Shown piece by piece: positions 39,688 to 50,127 of a stretch of DNA of 64,000 nucleotides. The number at the start of each line of letters is the position of its first letter. The stretch's first letter is position 1. The notes beneath the pieces are model-generated. The model was not told the DNA's origin. It worked only from the letters and a program-made list of their open reading frames with translations, and searched no databases. Source of the stretch: an uncultured bacterium (lineage in GTDB: Bacteria > Fidelibacterota > Marinisomatia > Marinisomatales > UBA1611); assembly GCA_943788175.1 (NCBI GenBank), contig CALSPG010000008.1:1-64000 (forward strand), read 5' to 3'. The position numbers were made by a program, and so were the translations under genes.

Positions 39688-39790
39688 GCATATATTTTTC
39701 AATATTTTAAACCCCACATTAGTGGGGTTTTTTGTTCATAAGAATTTTTGTAGATTTTTATTTATTTTATTAAATACTTAAGGATTATAT

Positions 39791-40276
39791 ATGAGCAATA
39801 AAATACCAATTACGCACATGTTTACAGACAAAAGCGGTCATACTCGATTTAAAGAGAAATTTTTGCCTTTAGAGCCAAAAACAGGACTTGGGTCAGTTGG
39901 GTCATTTTCAAATTTATTCGTCAATCAAATTTTGAAAGATAATTTGGGGGATATAAAAATGCAATTTGCTGTAACGCCAGTACCAAATTTAAGTAATGGA
40001 GAAGGTCCAAAATTAGCTCACACAGCACCGCGTAGACAGCTAGTAATTACATTAGACGGGTACCTTGAGTTTAAAAGCTGTGATATTGAAGCGCTAGATC
40101 AGGAGCATCAAGCAATAATTAGCAAGGGCAATATCCTCCTAGCAGATGACCTAGAAGGGGCCGGCCATGTGTGGAGTTTTTTGAAAGATGAAAAAGGGCA
40201 AATGCTTCCATGGGTCAGGTGTTATGTCCATCTTGGCGAAGAATATGAACACTTTATATCAGATCTAATAATTTAA
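39791..40276 (+). CDS. Cupin-like protein
   Basis: TD.SGHTRF, HTAPRRQLVITL.G, D..G.GH. Confidence 0.8.
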   Translation: MSNKIPITHMFTDKSGHTRFKEKFLPLEPKTGLGSVGSFSNLFVNQILKDNLGDIKMQFAVTPVPNLSNGEGPKLAHTAPRRQLVITLDGYLEFKSCDIEALDQEHQAIISKGNILLADDLEGAGHVWSFLKDEKGQMLPWVRCYVHLGEEYEHFISDLII

Positions 40277-40398
40277 TTTAGGATTTTTTTAAAAATATTA
40301 ACTCGGTTAAGAAATGATCTGAGACATGAGTATATCTTTGACTTAGTCGTGTTATTCTTGTAAAGTTTCCAATAATAAAACAAGAAAGAATAGTTCAA

Positions 40399-43014
40399 AT
40401 GAAAAATATACTAAGATTATACACCATCATTCTCATTAGTTTGCTTTTTGTAAATAAAGTAAGCGCTAACGTGGATTTAACGGTTAAATCCTTAACGACA
40501 CAAAATGAGTATGTTCCAACTTACTCAGGTTCTGAATATTTACAAGGCACATTAGAGATTGGCATTACAACTGATGAAAATATTAATCACGTGCAGATGG
40601 GTATGAATCATTACAATAGCATGGGCTTAGGTTTGCCCTATGGTGGTTTAGTAGAGCAGTACGACTTTTCTATGTCATCACTTTCAGGGGCAACTATATA
40701 CGGATATCATAATATGTTCCCACAAGAATATTATATACCTGCTGGCACTACTGATGAAACTCTTATGTACATCCCGATCCTAATTTCTGAAAATAATGAT
40801 GAAGAATTTTGTATACAATATCCAGATTTTAAAGATCTTGAGGGGAATTCATTAGTTGTGAATTTAGGCGATGAATCTTGTATTTCAATTGATGAGCTTA
40901 CCAGACTTGATTCCAATACTACAGATTCAAACACATTAACCATTCAGATAATTGATTCATCTACTGGAGATGGAATTGAGGGTGTGATAGGTAATATTTA
41001 CAACTTTAATACCAATACGCTACCTTCACTTTCTTTATCTTTTGTGACAAATGACTCTGGGTATGCATTCCTCGAAGACTATCCTAATAGTACTGGAGCT
41101 ATTGAGGTCTATAGACAAGGCTATCAGCCTTCATACCAGGAATATAACTTTTCAGGATCAGAGCAGGTAACTATATCTATGGAACCTAATGGTTTTACAG
41201 ATGGTGAAACAGACACTCTAGTAATGCAGTTTACCGATTCAAATACTGGTCAAGGTATTGAGGGGGTCTCAGTAAGTATTTATTTACCAAGTATGACTGG
41301 TGAGGATTGTTGGAATGGTGCTTGTACTATTTTTGAAACAACGGATGACTCTGGGTTTATCACAGTTCAAGATTTTCCATTAGGTCCTGGTTGGATGGAA
41401 TCATATGTAGCTGGTTATAATCCTATCAGCACACAGTTCACATTTTCCGGTTCAGAGCAACTCTCATTTACTATGGAGCCTTACGGGGATTTTGAAGGTG
41501 AAACAGACACATTAGTTGTTCAAGTTGTTGACTCAAATACGGGACAGGGCATTGCTGGTGCGGAAGGTACTATTTGGAGTTTTAGTGGCAATAATAACTT
41601 TTTGGGGGAAGAGGTAGTTTTTCCGTTTGTTACAAATGAAGACGGGTATGTTTCCATTGATAATTTCCCGATTGGTTATGGTTTTGCAGAAATAATTACG
41701 CAAGGATATTTACCGGGATTTTTACAGTTTGAGTTTACTGGCTCTCAAGAATTTACCATTAGCATGAATTCTTCCGATGATGTAGGCGATAACTTTGAAT
41801 CATTAGTTTTTCAATTTGTTGATGCTCAAAATGGTGAAGCAATTGAAAATGTAATGGGTTTTGCAATGAATTATAGCGAGGGTATTATTCCTTCAATGTC
41901 ATTTGATTTTATTTCAGATGAATTTGGTTTCGCTTATCTGGACTTTCCGTTAGGCGCTGGAGTAATAGATGCTTATACAGTTGGTTACGAACATATAAAT
42001 TTACAATTCGAGTTTTCAGGTAATGAGACAATCATTGTAGAGATGCAAAGTTTAGATCAATTTAACTCCGCATCAATCTCTGGAATAGTTGGGTATGAAT
42101 TAGAACAAAATAGTTTTCTTACTCCATTTGTATTTGCAATGAATACTGATGCTTCACTGAACTCATATTGTTCATCCGTTGCGGTAGATGGTACTGGAAA
42201 TTATGAGCTACCACTCAGCCCTGGAGAGTATGTTATTGGTGCACTCTATTTTACGAACCCTAACATTGGTTGGTTTGAAAATGCGAGCGATTCTATTAAT
42301 GATATGGGTTTTCAATTACAATTTTTTGAAAATTCTATGACCTTTGAAGACGCTACAATCATTCAAGTTAATGAAGGGGAAAGTTTAGGAAATATAAACT
42401 TTAATTTTGTATCAAATGACTTTATGGCTTTTAATGGCCAAGCAGGTAATATTGTAATGGGTGAGATTACTAGTGATAATAGCATTAATATGGAATCTAC
42501 ACTTGTTTCAGTAGTTAATATGAATGGTGAAGTTTTATCCGAACAAACAATTGGTCAAGATCAAACCTTTACAATTACTGGATTAGCGCAAAATACAAAT
42601 TATATTTTGAAAGCTAGCCACGATGAATATGGTTTTGTTGAAAGGTCTTTTTCACCGAACTCTATGGTTCACATTGAAAACATAGAATTCAATTTGAGTG
42701 CACTTTCTACTATAAATGATAATAATCAGATACCGAAGGTTTTTACTGTAAGTCAAAATTTTCCTAATCCGTTTAACCCTTTGACAACCTTGCAGTACAC
42801 GATTCCAGATAATGCAGTTGTAAAAATTACGATTTTCGATAATATGGGTAGATTAGTGAAGAATCTTATGGATGGATATCAAATTGCTGGAAGAAATACG
42901 ATACAATGGAATGCTACTGATAATATGAGTCAGCCTGTCCCTGCTGGTATGTATATATATAGAATTCAAGCGGGAAGTGATGTCAAAACAAGTAAAATGA
43001 TTTATTTAAAATAA
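40399..43014 (+). CDS. Large acidic secreted protein with four carboxypeptidase-regulatory-like repeats and CTD
   Basis: Repeats TL.(I/M/V)Q..DS.TG.GIEG...T.D.GY...GY...F.FSGSEQ; CTD. Confidence 0.88.
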   Translation: MKNILRLYTIILISLLFVNKVSANVDLTVKSLTTQNEYVPTYSGSEYLQGTLEIGITTDENINHVQMGMNHYNSMGLGLPYGGLVEQYDFSMSSLSGATIYGYHNMFPQEYYIPAGTTDETLMYIPILISENNDEEFCIQYPDFKDLEGNSLVVNLGDESCISIDELTRLDSNTTDSNTLTIQIIDSSTGDGIEGVIGNIYNFNTNTLPSLSLSFVTNDSGYAFLEDYPNSTGAIEVYRQGYQPSYQEYNFSGSEQVTISMEPNGFTDGETDTLVMQFTDSNTGQGIEGVSVSIYLPSMTGEDCWNGACTIFETTDDSGFITVQDFPLGPGWMESYVAGYNPISTQFTFSGSEQLSFTMEPYGDFEGETDTLVVQVVDSNTGQGIAGAEGTIWSFSGNNNFLGEEVVFPFVTNEDGYVSIDNFPIGYGFAEIITQGYLPGFLQFEFTGSQEFTISMNSSDDVGDNFESLVFQFVDAQNGEAIENVMGFAMNYSEGIIPSMSFDFISDEFGFAYLDFPLGAGVIDAYTVGYEHINLQFEFSGNETIIVEMQSLDQFNSASISGIVGYELEQNSFLTPFVFAMNTDASLNSYCSSVAVDGTGNYELPLSPGEYVIGALYFTNPNIGWFENASDSINDMGFQLQFFENSMTFEDATIIQVNEGESLGNINFNFVSNDFMAFNGQAGNIVMGEITSDNSINMESTLVSVVNMNGEVLSEQTIGQDQTFTITGLAQNTNYILKASHDEYGFVERSFSPNSMVHIENIEFNLSALSTINDNNQIPKVFTVSQNFPNPFNPLTTLQYTIPDNAVVKITIFDNMGRLVKNLMDGYQIAGRNTIQWNATDNMSQPVPAGMYIYRIQAGSDVKTSKMIYLK

Positions 43015-43028
43015 ATAACATACTGGTT

Positions 43029-43050
43029 AGGCCTCTGAAAATGGGGGCCT
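43029..43050. terminator. Hairpin between convergent genes
   Basis: AGGCCTCT-GAAAAT-GGGGGCCT. Confidence 0.55.
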
Positions 43051-43068
43051 ACCTAGTTATATAACTTT

Positions 43069-44004
43069 TTACATATACTTAATTAAATCTGAAAATGTCT
43101 TGTTAGCAGATATGATTGCTCCATCAGCTTGGCCAATAGAAAAAGAGTCGCCACAAATTCCTAACATTACATCCTTGTCAAAAAAGTGGCTAGGATTATT
43201 TTGTTCTTTTGAAAAAGCATATTTCCAAAAATGAAGAGCTAAGCTTGAATAGCTATTAAAGCCCAGATTCTTTAACTGTTGATTTATCATATTATGTCTT
43301 TGATCTTGATTTAAGCCTAATAATTTATTTGAAAAATCATTTGAGAAGTTAATTGTGAATATATTTTTATTATTTAGTAAGCCTTTTTGTGAGTTATTAC
43401 ATATCCATGGTGCATTTATCTCGGATCGAATGATATCGGAGCTTATTTGTTTATTACTTTGAAATGTAGAGGTAAAAAAGCTTTCATATTTTGGATTAGG
43501 AAGTTCTCCTATGGTATTTTTAAGGGGCTCAATTAATTGATTCGCCTGATCGATAGGCATCGTCAGAATAATCGATCTAGATTTTATTTCGTATGCGTTT
43601 GTTTTAACTGTCCAATTCGATTTGGTTTTTTTTAATGATACTACTTTTTGGTTAAGTATTGTATTTATGCCTAGACTTAGAAATTGAGGAATTTTATTCA
43701 TTCCATATGGAGCTATATAAGTATGATTTGAGTCATTTATTTTTGTTTTTTTAACAATATATTTGTTTTCTAATTCTTCAATTAGATTAGATAGGTCATT
43801 GCTTTTAGGACTCAAATACTGGCATCCATAATCTGCAATACCTTCCCCGACTGCTTTTGTAGAGAGACGTCCGCCAATAGTAGTACTCTTTTCAATTAGC
43901 AACGTATTTAAACCAGAACGATTGATTTTTCTTGCAATAAATGATCCGCTTAAACCAGCGCCAATAATGATAACATCGTATACCATAACAGCTATGTTAT
44001 TCAA
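43069..44004 (-). CDS. Renalase-like NAD(P)/FAD-dependent oxidoreductase
   Basis: IIGAGLSG, EKS...GGRLST, DYGCQY, W.YA, GICGD. Confidence 0.88.
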   Translation of the reverse strand: MNNIAVMVYDVIIIGAGLSGSFIARKINRSGLNTLLIEKSTTIGGRLSTKAVGEGIADYGCQYLSPKSNDLSNLIEELENKYIVKKTKINDSNHTYIAPYGMNKIPQFLSLGINTILNQKVVSLKKTKSNWTVKTNAYEIKSRSIILTMPIDQANQLIEPLKNTIGELPNPKYESFFTSTFQSNKQISSDIIRSEINAPWICNNSQKGLLNNKNIFTINFSNDFSNKLLGLNQDQRHNMINQQLKNLGFNSYSSLALHFWKYAFSKEQNNPSHFFDKDVMLGICGDSFSIGQADGAIISANKTFSDLIKYM

Positions 44005-44195
44005 GAATAACTAAAGAATTCAATATATTTCAGTCCTTATTAAAAGCCATACTTAAAAATGTAATTTTTTAAATAAGTTAATGGTTATTGAATCTTATTA
44101 CTTTCAAACAATATTTTGACATATGTATTTGTTTTAAAAAAAATCACCTTTAAATGTGATTATATTTTTGAAAATAAAACTTAAGTTTTTTATAA

Positions 44196-44435
44196 ATGAA
44201 GAACACATACGATAATTGTTATAATAATATAATTAATCTAAATGGTTCTAAATGGACATCATTAAAAACCAAAAAAGGATGGCACCATTTTGAAGTATTT
44301 AGTTTTTCTAAAAAAACACAGATTGTATCAATGTTTGCTGTCTGTGATAAAAAAATAATTTTGACTATAAAAAAACCCGAATTGAAAAATAAAGAAAAAT
44401 GGAAAAGAGGGTGGGTGAAAAATGTCAAGATCTAA
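44196..44435 (+). CDS. TIGR02450-like Trp-rich protein
   Basis: GSKWT...GW.HFEV...LK....W..GW. Confidence 0.8.
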   Translation: MKNTYDNCYNNIINLNGSKWTSLKTKKGWHHFEVFSFSKKTQIVSMFAVCDKKIILTIKKPELKNKEKWKRGWVKNVKI

Positions 44436-44586
44436 AGTATGTCAATTATGTAAAAAAGAGTTTAATACAATGTATCGAATTATAGTTGATAATTCAAAAA
44501 AATGGATATTTTCTTGTGAAGTTTGCTTAAAAAGTGCTAAGCCAAATAATAATTTTTATCGATATGGTGGAACTTGGAAAAAATAG
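44422..44586 (+). CDS. 54-aa zinc-ribbon-like protein (not in ORF track)
   Basis: MSRSKVCQLC...MYRI...WIFSCEVC...YRYGGTWKK. Confidence 0.78.
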   Translation: MSRSKVCQLCKKEFNTMYRIIVDNSKKWIFSCEVCLKSAKPNNNFYRYGGTWKK

Positions 44587-44633
44587 TTTCCATTTGTTTA
44601 AACTTGTAAAATGAAACTATAACATTTCTTATT

Positions 44634-46490
44634 TTGAAAAACAATTCCTCTAAATCAGGTATTATAACTATTCTTCGAGATGGAAGAGGAATTATATATA
44701 GTACAAATGATAAATCCGATAAAGTTTTTGTTTCAAAAGAATATCTTAACGGTGCCTTTGATCAAGATGAGGTAAAGTATACGGTTCAAAAATCGTATAA
44801 TTCTTCTTTTAAAAAAGCAAAAGTCGTTCAGATCTTAGAACGAAGAAACAATACTTTTACAGGTAGAGTACATAATGAAGGAAAAAAAACTTTTATAATT
44901 GTATTCCCAAATCAGCCGAAAAAAATAAAGTTAATCAAACAACCGAAACCATTAGCTGATTTAACTGTTGTTAAGGTTGATATAGTAGATTGGAATGAGC
45001 GTGGGCCCTATGCCCATGCACAAATAAATAAAGTTATTGCACAGCCAGATGACCCATTAGCGGATCATTTATATATAGTCAACAAGTATCTAATTAATGG
45101 ATTATTCAATAAAGATAGCGGGTTAATGAATATTAATTTAAATGATTTTATTTCAGAACAGAAACATAGGACAGACTATTCTCACTTAAATACATTCAGT
45201 ATTGATCCAGATGATGCTCAAGATTTTGATGATGCGATTTCAATAAAACTCCAAAAAAATATTTATGAACTTATTATTCATATTGCTGATGTTACGGCGT
45301 TTGTTGATGAGGGCTCGCGCATTGATAGTTTGGCATTGCAAAACAGTAACTCTTATTACTTCCCTGAAAAGTCATATCACATGTTGCCAGATAAATTAGC
45401 AACTAAATATTGCTCTCTAGTCCCAAACGAAAAGCGATTAGCAGTTTCATTATACTTTGAACTAACTAAAGATGGCGATGTGGTAAGCCAACATGCAAAT
45501 CTTAGTATTATAAAGAATAAAAACAGAATGACCTATGGAAAAGTAAATGAATTACTAAGCAAAAGTGATAATATAAAAAAGCATGAAGATATATTTTTAC
45601 TTTTTGAACTGCACAAGAAGCTGAGGTCAAAAAGGTTAGAAGACGGAGCCTTGAACCTCTCAGGTGGTGAAAGTACGTTTGAATTTGATCAAAGTGGCTA
45701 CCCTGTCAGAATAGTTGATAAAAAACAAAGTGTCTCACATGCCATGGTTGAAGAGTGTATGTTGCTGGCAAATAAGTATGCGGCAAAATTACTATCGTCA
45801 AAAAGTTTTCCAATCTTTCGTAATCATGATATGCCAAGCAGAAGATCTTTCTTAAAAATAGAGTCGCTAATCAGTGCTTTTTCAAATAAGCCTAGAAATT
45901 TCAATGATTTTATTACTTCAATTAAATCAGAAAAAAAAAGAAGAGTCTTCTCAAAGTTAATTTTAAAAAATCTTAAAAGAGCTGATTATAGCCTAACGAA
46001 TAAAGGACATTATGGTTTATCATTTGATACATACATTCACTTTACTTCTCCTATAAGAAGATATGCTGATTTACATTGTCATAGGTTGTTAAAAAAAGTT
46101 TTGAGGAATGAAAAAACTGATTATTCCGTCCCTATCGAGGAAGTTATTAAAAAAATAAATTATAATGAGCAAAAATCTAAAAACGCAGAAAATGAATACA
46201 ATCGATTGAAAAAGTTGAAATATATAAAATTAAATCAAGAAAAAACTTTTTCGTGCACGATTGAGAGTTTATCTAAAAAATTTATACGTGTAAATATAAA
46301 TGAGGCAAATTTCACAGCTATTTTGTCGAAATCGTATCTTAAACATGATAGATATAGGTTAGCTCGAAACAAGCATGCCTTAGTTGGGCAATTTTCAAAC
46401 AAGACATATAAAGTTGGCGATGAATTACAGGTTGAAATAAAGAAAGTGGACATGATGAACCAAGAAGTCCATTTAAGCTTATGCAACTAG
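44634..46490 (+). CDS. rnr: RNase II/RNase R family exoribonuclease
   Basis: SIDPDDAQDFDDAIS, HIADV, HFTSPIRRYADL, S1 domain. Confidence 0.85.
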   Translation: MKNNSSKSGIITILRDGRGIIYSTNDKSDKVFVSKEYLNGAFDQDEVKYTVQKSYNSSFKKAKVVQILERRNNTFTGRVHNEGKKTFIIVFPNQPKKIKLIKQPKPLADLTVVKVDIVDWNERGPYAHAQINKVIAQPDDPLADHLYIVNKYLINGLFNKDSGLMNINLNDFISEQKHRTDYSHLNTFSIDPDDAQDFDDAISIKLQKNIYELIIHIADVTAFVDEGSRIDSLALQNSNSYYFPEKSYHMLPDKLATKYCSLVPNEKRLAVSLYFELTKDGDVVSQHANLSIIKNKNRMTYGKVNELLSKSDNIKKHEDIFLLFELHKKLRSKRLEDGALNLSGGESTFEFDQSGYPVRIVDKKQSVSHAMVEECMLLANKYAAKLLSSKSFPIFRNHDMPSRRSFLKIESLISAFSNKPRNFNDFITSIKSEKKRRVFSKLILKNLKRADYSLTNKGHYGLSFDTYIHFTSPIRRYADLHCHRLLKKVLRNEKTDYSVPIEEVIKKINYNEQKSKNAENEYNRLKKLKYIKLNQEKTFSCTIESLSKKFIRVNINEANFTAILSKSYLKHDRYRLARNKHALVGQFSNKTYKVGDELQVEIKKVDMMNQEVHLSLCN

Positions 46491-46595
46491 GGTTAAGATA
46501 TTCATAAAACTAAAAATCCACTAATTTCATAATTATGATTAAATAAATAATAATTATGAAAGATAAAACAATGAGTTTTATGATTGGAGATAAGT

Positions 46596-46742
46596 CTAAA
46601 AACTTCTTGAGCGGTGTTTTTCCCATTCCTCTTTTGACATAAGTTTAGTATTATTTTCTAAATGCCTCGGAGAGTAAGGGCACATAAAGCATCCATTGCC
46701 ACAACAATGTCCTCTTTCAGTTAAAAATTCTTTAGAAAGCAT
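46596..46742 (-). CDS. DUF5522-like Cys-rich small protein (start uncertain)
   Basis: FL.ERGHCCGNGC..CPY. Confidence 0.75.
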   Translation of the reverse strand: MLSKEFLTERGHCCGNGCFMCPYSPRHLENNTKLMSKEEWEKHRSRSF

Positions 46743-47206
46743 ATTAAATACATTAGATTTTTTTTTATAATTTTCATTCGTTGTTACATATCGTAATAAA
46801 GTGATCTTTTTCTCAATTCTACTCCCCAACTGCTGAGTCTATCTAAAAGGCTCTTCGTTTGTGCACTGCTGCCGTATTTAATTTCTTGATTTTTTACGAA
46901 TTGAACTAAGTCTTAATGCATATTAATCTTTTTTAAAAAAGTGAGTTCTTTTTGATTATTCATATAGTCGTTATTATTTAATTATGTTCAAAATACTTAG
47001 ACATATTGTACATATTTAAGCGAAAATTGTTCAAATATTTTTGCATTCATATTGCGAGAATAATTTGTAAAAAAACTGATGACATCTGATCTTAAAATCT
47101 TGATAAAAATTTTATTATCAACTAGTTTTTTTTTAAGTAAAAAAAGTGGCGGTATGGCCCCATTAGATAGTAGTCATGTTTATAGATAATGAAGGATTTT
47201 TAATTT

Positions 47207-48022
47207 ATGCCTGAGGGTCCAGAAACTCGAAGAATGGCTGATGGCTTATCAAAAGCAATCAAAAAAAAAGATCTAATTTCTTACCAGTTCTTGCATCCAA
47301 GTCTTGATAATCTTAACAAGCTAAAAGGTATAAAAGTAATAGACGTATCTTCATTAGGGAAAACAATTATTACCAGACTAAACATTGGTAAGAGTATAAT
47401 GACGCATAATCAATTATATGGGAAATGGACCGTAAATCTTACAGACACTATTGTTAAACATAATAGAAAATTAAGAATTGAATACAAAACCAGTAAAAAA
47501 ATTGCAAGGTTATGGTCTGCCACTGATATTGTATTACTTGAAACAGAAAAAGAGAACACGCATCATTATATCAAAAACTTAGGACCTGATGTTTTAAATA
47601 ACTTTGTAACGATTGAAACCATTGCTAATCAATTAGAATCAAAAAAGTTTAGAAATAGAAACCTGGGGGGACTTTTATTAAATCAAAATTTTATTGCTGG
47701 GCTAGGAAACTACCTTCGTTCTGAGATATTGTTCTTTAGTGGTCTTTTACCAACGATTAGACCTTCTGATTTAGATGCAGATCAAATATATAATTTATCT
47801 AACTCTATAAAGTGCATAAGTATGAGAGCTTACCACCAAAAAGGAAATACAATTGATAAAGATGATTTTTCAAAGAAATTTGGAAATATTTTCAATTTCA
47901 GATTAATCCGTCATATGGTTTTTGGAAGAAAAGACCAGCCTTGTTTCAATTGTAGCAATAAAGTAATCAAATCTGTGCAGAATTCAAGAAGACTCTATTA
48001 TTGTAGAGAATGTCAGATATAG
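47207..48022 (+). CDS. nei: Endonuclease VIII (Fpg/Nei family)
   Basis: MPEGPE, HNQLYGKW, AGLGNYLRSEIL, C-terminal zinc finger. Confidence 0.92.
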   Translation: MPEGPETRRMADGLSKAIKKKDLISYQFLHPSLDNLNKLKGIKVIDVSSLGKTIITRLNIGKSIMTHNQLYGKWTVNLTDTIVKHNRKLRIEYKTSKKIARLWSATDIVLLETEKENTHHYIKNLGPDVLNNFVTIETIANQLESKKFRNRNLGGLLLNQNFIAGLGNYLRSEILFFSGLLPTIRPSDLDADQIYNLSNSIKCISMRAYHQKGNTIDKDDFSKKFGNIFNFRLIRHMVFGRKDQPCFNCSNKVIKSVQNSRRLYYCRECQI

Positions 48023-48124
48023 ATCAAATTATTTTTGAATAAAACATTCTTAACCGTATTTATCTTTATAGAATGTTTAATTAATTGTTTTTACTGTTTG
48101 AACTAAAATAACCTACTTTTGTAT

Positions 48125-48898
48125 ATGATAAATAAATACATAGTTAAATCATTAATTATGCTATCAATTTTAACTGGTCAGGACTCGTATTCACTTCTAG
48201 ATCAAAATCCTAGTTCATCCACTTATGGTATGAATGTCGGGCCGTTATTTTTCGATGGAAAAGTTGTGCTTCATTATTTTGGTGCCTTTACATGAGGAAC
48301 TTGTACTACCAGGTTTGGTGAGTTAAATGAAATTAATGAAGACTTAAAACAAGAAGGTTATGAAGTAGAACTGATTGGCGTGAGCAAATCTTCTTGGGTT
48401 GGGGGTATTGATAATTGGGTAAATCAAGGTAGTGCCCCAATTTGTGTTGACAGTTCTCCCTACTTGATTTGGAACGATTGGAATGCTTCTCAGAGAGACT
48501 TATTTATTACAAACTCAAATGGCGAAATTGTTTTCAAAGAAAATATAACATCAGGAATTCCAAATGATATTAATGCTATAATATTGAACTATCTATCGAC
48601 TGAAAAGGATGTTCAACCAGTCACATTCAAATTAGGTCAAAATTTTCCAAATCCATTTAATGGTCAAACACAGATTCCTTTCACTCTATTTAATCCTGAA
48701 AATATATCTGTTAATATTTTTGACATAAATGGAAGAATCATAAAAAGTTTATTTGTGGGTTATCAGAATGCCGGGTCTACTGTTCTAAAATGGGATGGGA
48801 CGAATAATTTTAATGAGATTGTTTCATCAGGAATATATTTTTACAAAATTAAAACAAGTAATATTTCATCGATGAAAAAACTGATTTTTGCAAAATAA
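48125..48898 (+). CDS. Putative selenoprotein: signal peptide, thioredoxin-like UxxC domain, CTD
   Basis: ATG 48125 in frame with ORF 48380-48898 across a single TGA (48293-48295) in HYFGAFT-U-GTC; SECIS-like hairpin follows. Confidence 0.82.
48296..48324 (+). promoter_or_regulatory. Putative bacterial SECIS element
   Basis: AACT...ACCA-GGTT-TGGT..AGTT stem-loop immediately 3' of TGA, G-led apical loop. Confidence 0.65.
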
Positions 48899-48913
48899 GG
48901 AAGAGTAATTACC

Positions 48914-49345
48914 ATGAAAAAAATATTATTTGTATGTACTGCTAATATTCATCGTAGCAGATTTGCTGAGGAAGTTTTTAATCATCTAGCCATTCAAGAG
49001 AATAAAGAATATCGCGCGTTTTCCGCTGGTCTAAGAGTAGGTGACTTTAGTTATAGAGAAATATATTATCCAGCGTTAGAACATCTTGAGTCTTTTAATA
49101 TTAAACCAATTCGTCCAAAAGAGTCCTCAATGCATATAGACGATGTAATATTAGAAGATTATTATAAAATAATTTGCATGGATAAAAACGAGCATAAACC
49201 GATGGTAGATGCAAATCCAAAGTTATCAAAATATAAATTTGAATATTGGGAAATTGTTGACATCCCTAAAGTTGAAAGCACTGTCTCTTTACCTATGTGT
49301 TATGAAAAAGTTGTTAAATTATTTAAGAATATTAATCTTAAGTAA
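48914..49345 (+). CDS. LMW protein-tyrosine-phosphatase/arsenate reductase family
   Basis: ILFVCTANIHRSRFAE, SAG, DIP. Confidence 0.9.
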   Translation: MKKILFVCTANIHRSRFAEEVFNHLAIQENKEYRAFSAGLRVGDFSYREIYYPALEHLESFNIKPIRPKESSMHIDDVILEDYYKIICMDKNEHKPMVDANPKLSKYKFEYWEIVDIPKVESTVSLPMCYEKVVKLFKNINLK

Positions 49346-49347
49346 AA

Positions 49348-49647
49348 ATGAGAAAAGGTGATTGCTCTGAATATGGAGGACCTAAATATAGATCTCAAAA
49401 AAAAGTTTTTGATAAGGTAAAAGTCGTATTTGAGAAAGCAATAATAAATAGAGAATTACTTTTAGATAGCCAGGTAAAGCATGAGCACAAAGATAAAATA
49501 ATCATTCTTGATTTAAGGATATCTATATGTATTAAAAAGAGAGCTCGACTTACTTTAGGTGGTTATTCTTATTTGCCAGAGGAGATGTATGATTGGGAAC
49601 CAATCTATGAAATTGACAGAAGCTTACTTCCAAAAACAGTGACTTAA
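49348..49647 (+). CDS. Hypothetical protein
   Basis: 99-aa ORF 2 nt after previous stop. Confidence 0.6.
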   Translation: MRKGDCSEYGGPKYRSQKKVFDKVKVVFEKAIINRELLLDSQVKHEHKDKIIILDLRISICIKKRARLTLGGYSYLPEEMYDWEPIYEIDRSLLPKTVT

Positions 49648-49658
49648 ATAAGTGTTAT

Positions 49659-49838
49659 TTATTCATTTCCATCTGAAATATCTAGTCGAATAATTTTACC
49701 ATTCTTTTGTTCTACGAATAATTTATTTGGCCTACAGCAAACCTCGCAATCTATAATTTCTTGATGAACACCATCATAAACTTCAATGTTTTCGGAAAAA
49801 TGCTCATAGCAGGTGAAACATGTAATGTCTATTAACAT
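49659..49838 (-). CDS. CPXCG-motif cysteine-rich protein (59 aa, not in ORF track)
   Basis: ITCFTCYE...IIDCEVCCRPN. Confidence 0.82.
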   Translation of the reverse strand: MLIDITCFTCYEHFSENIEVYDGVHQEIIDCEVCCRPNKLFVEQKNGKIIRLDISDGNE

Positions 49839-49887
49839 AAAAGAAGAAGCTTTTGGATTATATAAGGTCTTAGTTAAGAATGATATT

Positions 49888-50127
49888 TTATTTTTGATTA
49901 TAAGATTTGAACCTAGGTGTCTTCGTTTGCGATGAGGTTCTGTGTTTTGTTTTTCTTCCAGATACCCGTTCTCTCCATAATTTAAAAGAGTTTCGTTTTA
50001 AATTTTTTCGCATCAATTTGATTACATCTGGTTCACTAATCCCGTATTGGTCTTTAATTGCATCAAAAGTAGTTCTATCTTCCCAGGCCATTTCAATGAT
50101 TCTATTTTCATCAAATAATTTTTGCAT
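49888..50127 (-). CDS. TIGR03643/DUF2805 family protein
   Basis: RIIEMAWEDRT.FDAI...SFKLWRERVSGRKTKH. Confidence 0.9.
   Translation of the reverse strand: MQKLFDENRIIEMAWEDRTTFDAIKDQYGISEPDVIKLMRKNLKRNSFKLWRERVSGRKTKHRTSSQTKTPRFKSYNQK

Larger units (their letters stand above)
10746..39735 (+). repeat. Junction repeat family CCCCACATTCGTGGGG-TTTTTTGTTT (~20 copies)
   Basis: Copies at about 10746, 11287, 13777, 14570, 15965, 16893, 17267, 18088, 20312, 21715, 22226, 23043, 23417, 24373, 26617, 28642, 32115, 35804, 37657, 39712. Confidence 0.9.

Noticed and set aside
10746-39735. CRISPR array
   Set aside because: Repeats are separated by whole genes of variable length, not 30-40 nt spacers, and no cas genes are seen.
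38145-40943. Short antisense ORFs inside the YHYH and large CTD genes
   Set aside because: Fully nested opposite long, well-supported genes, with no recognisable motifs.
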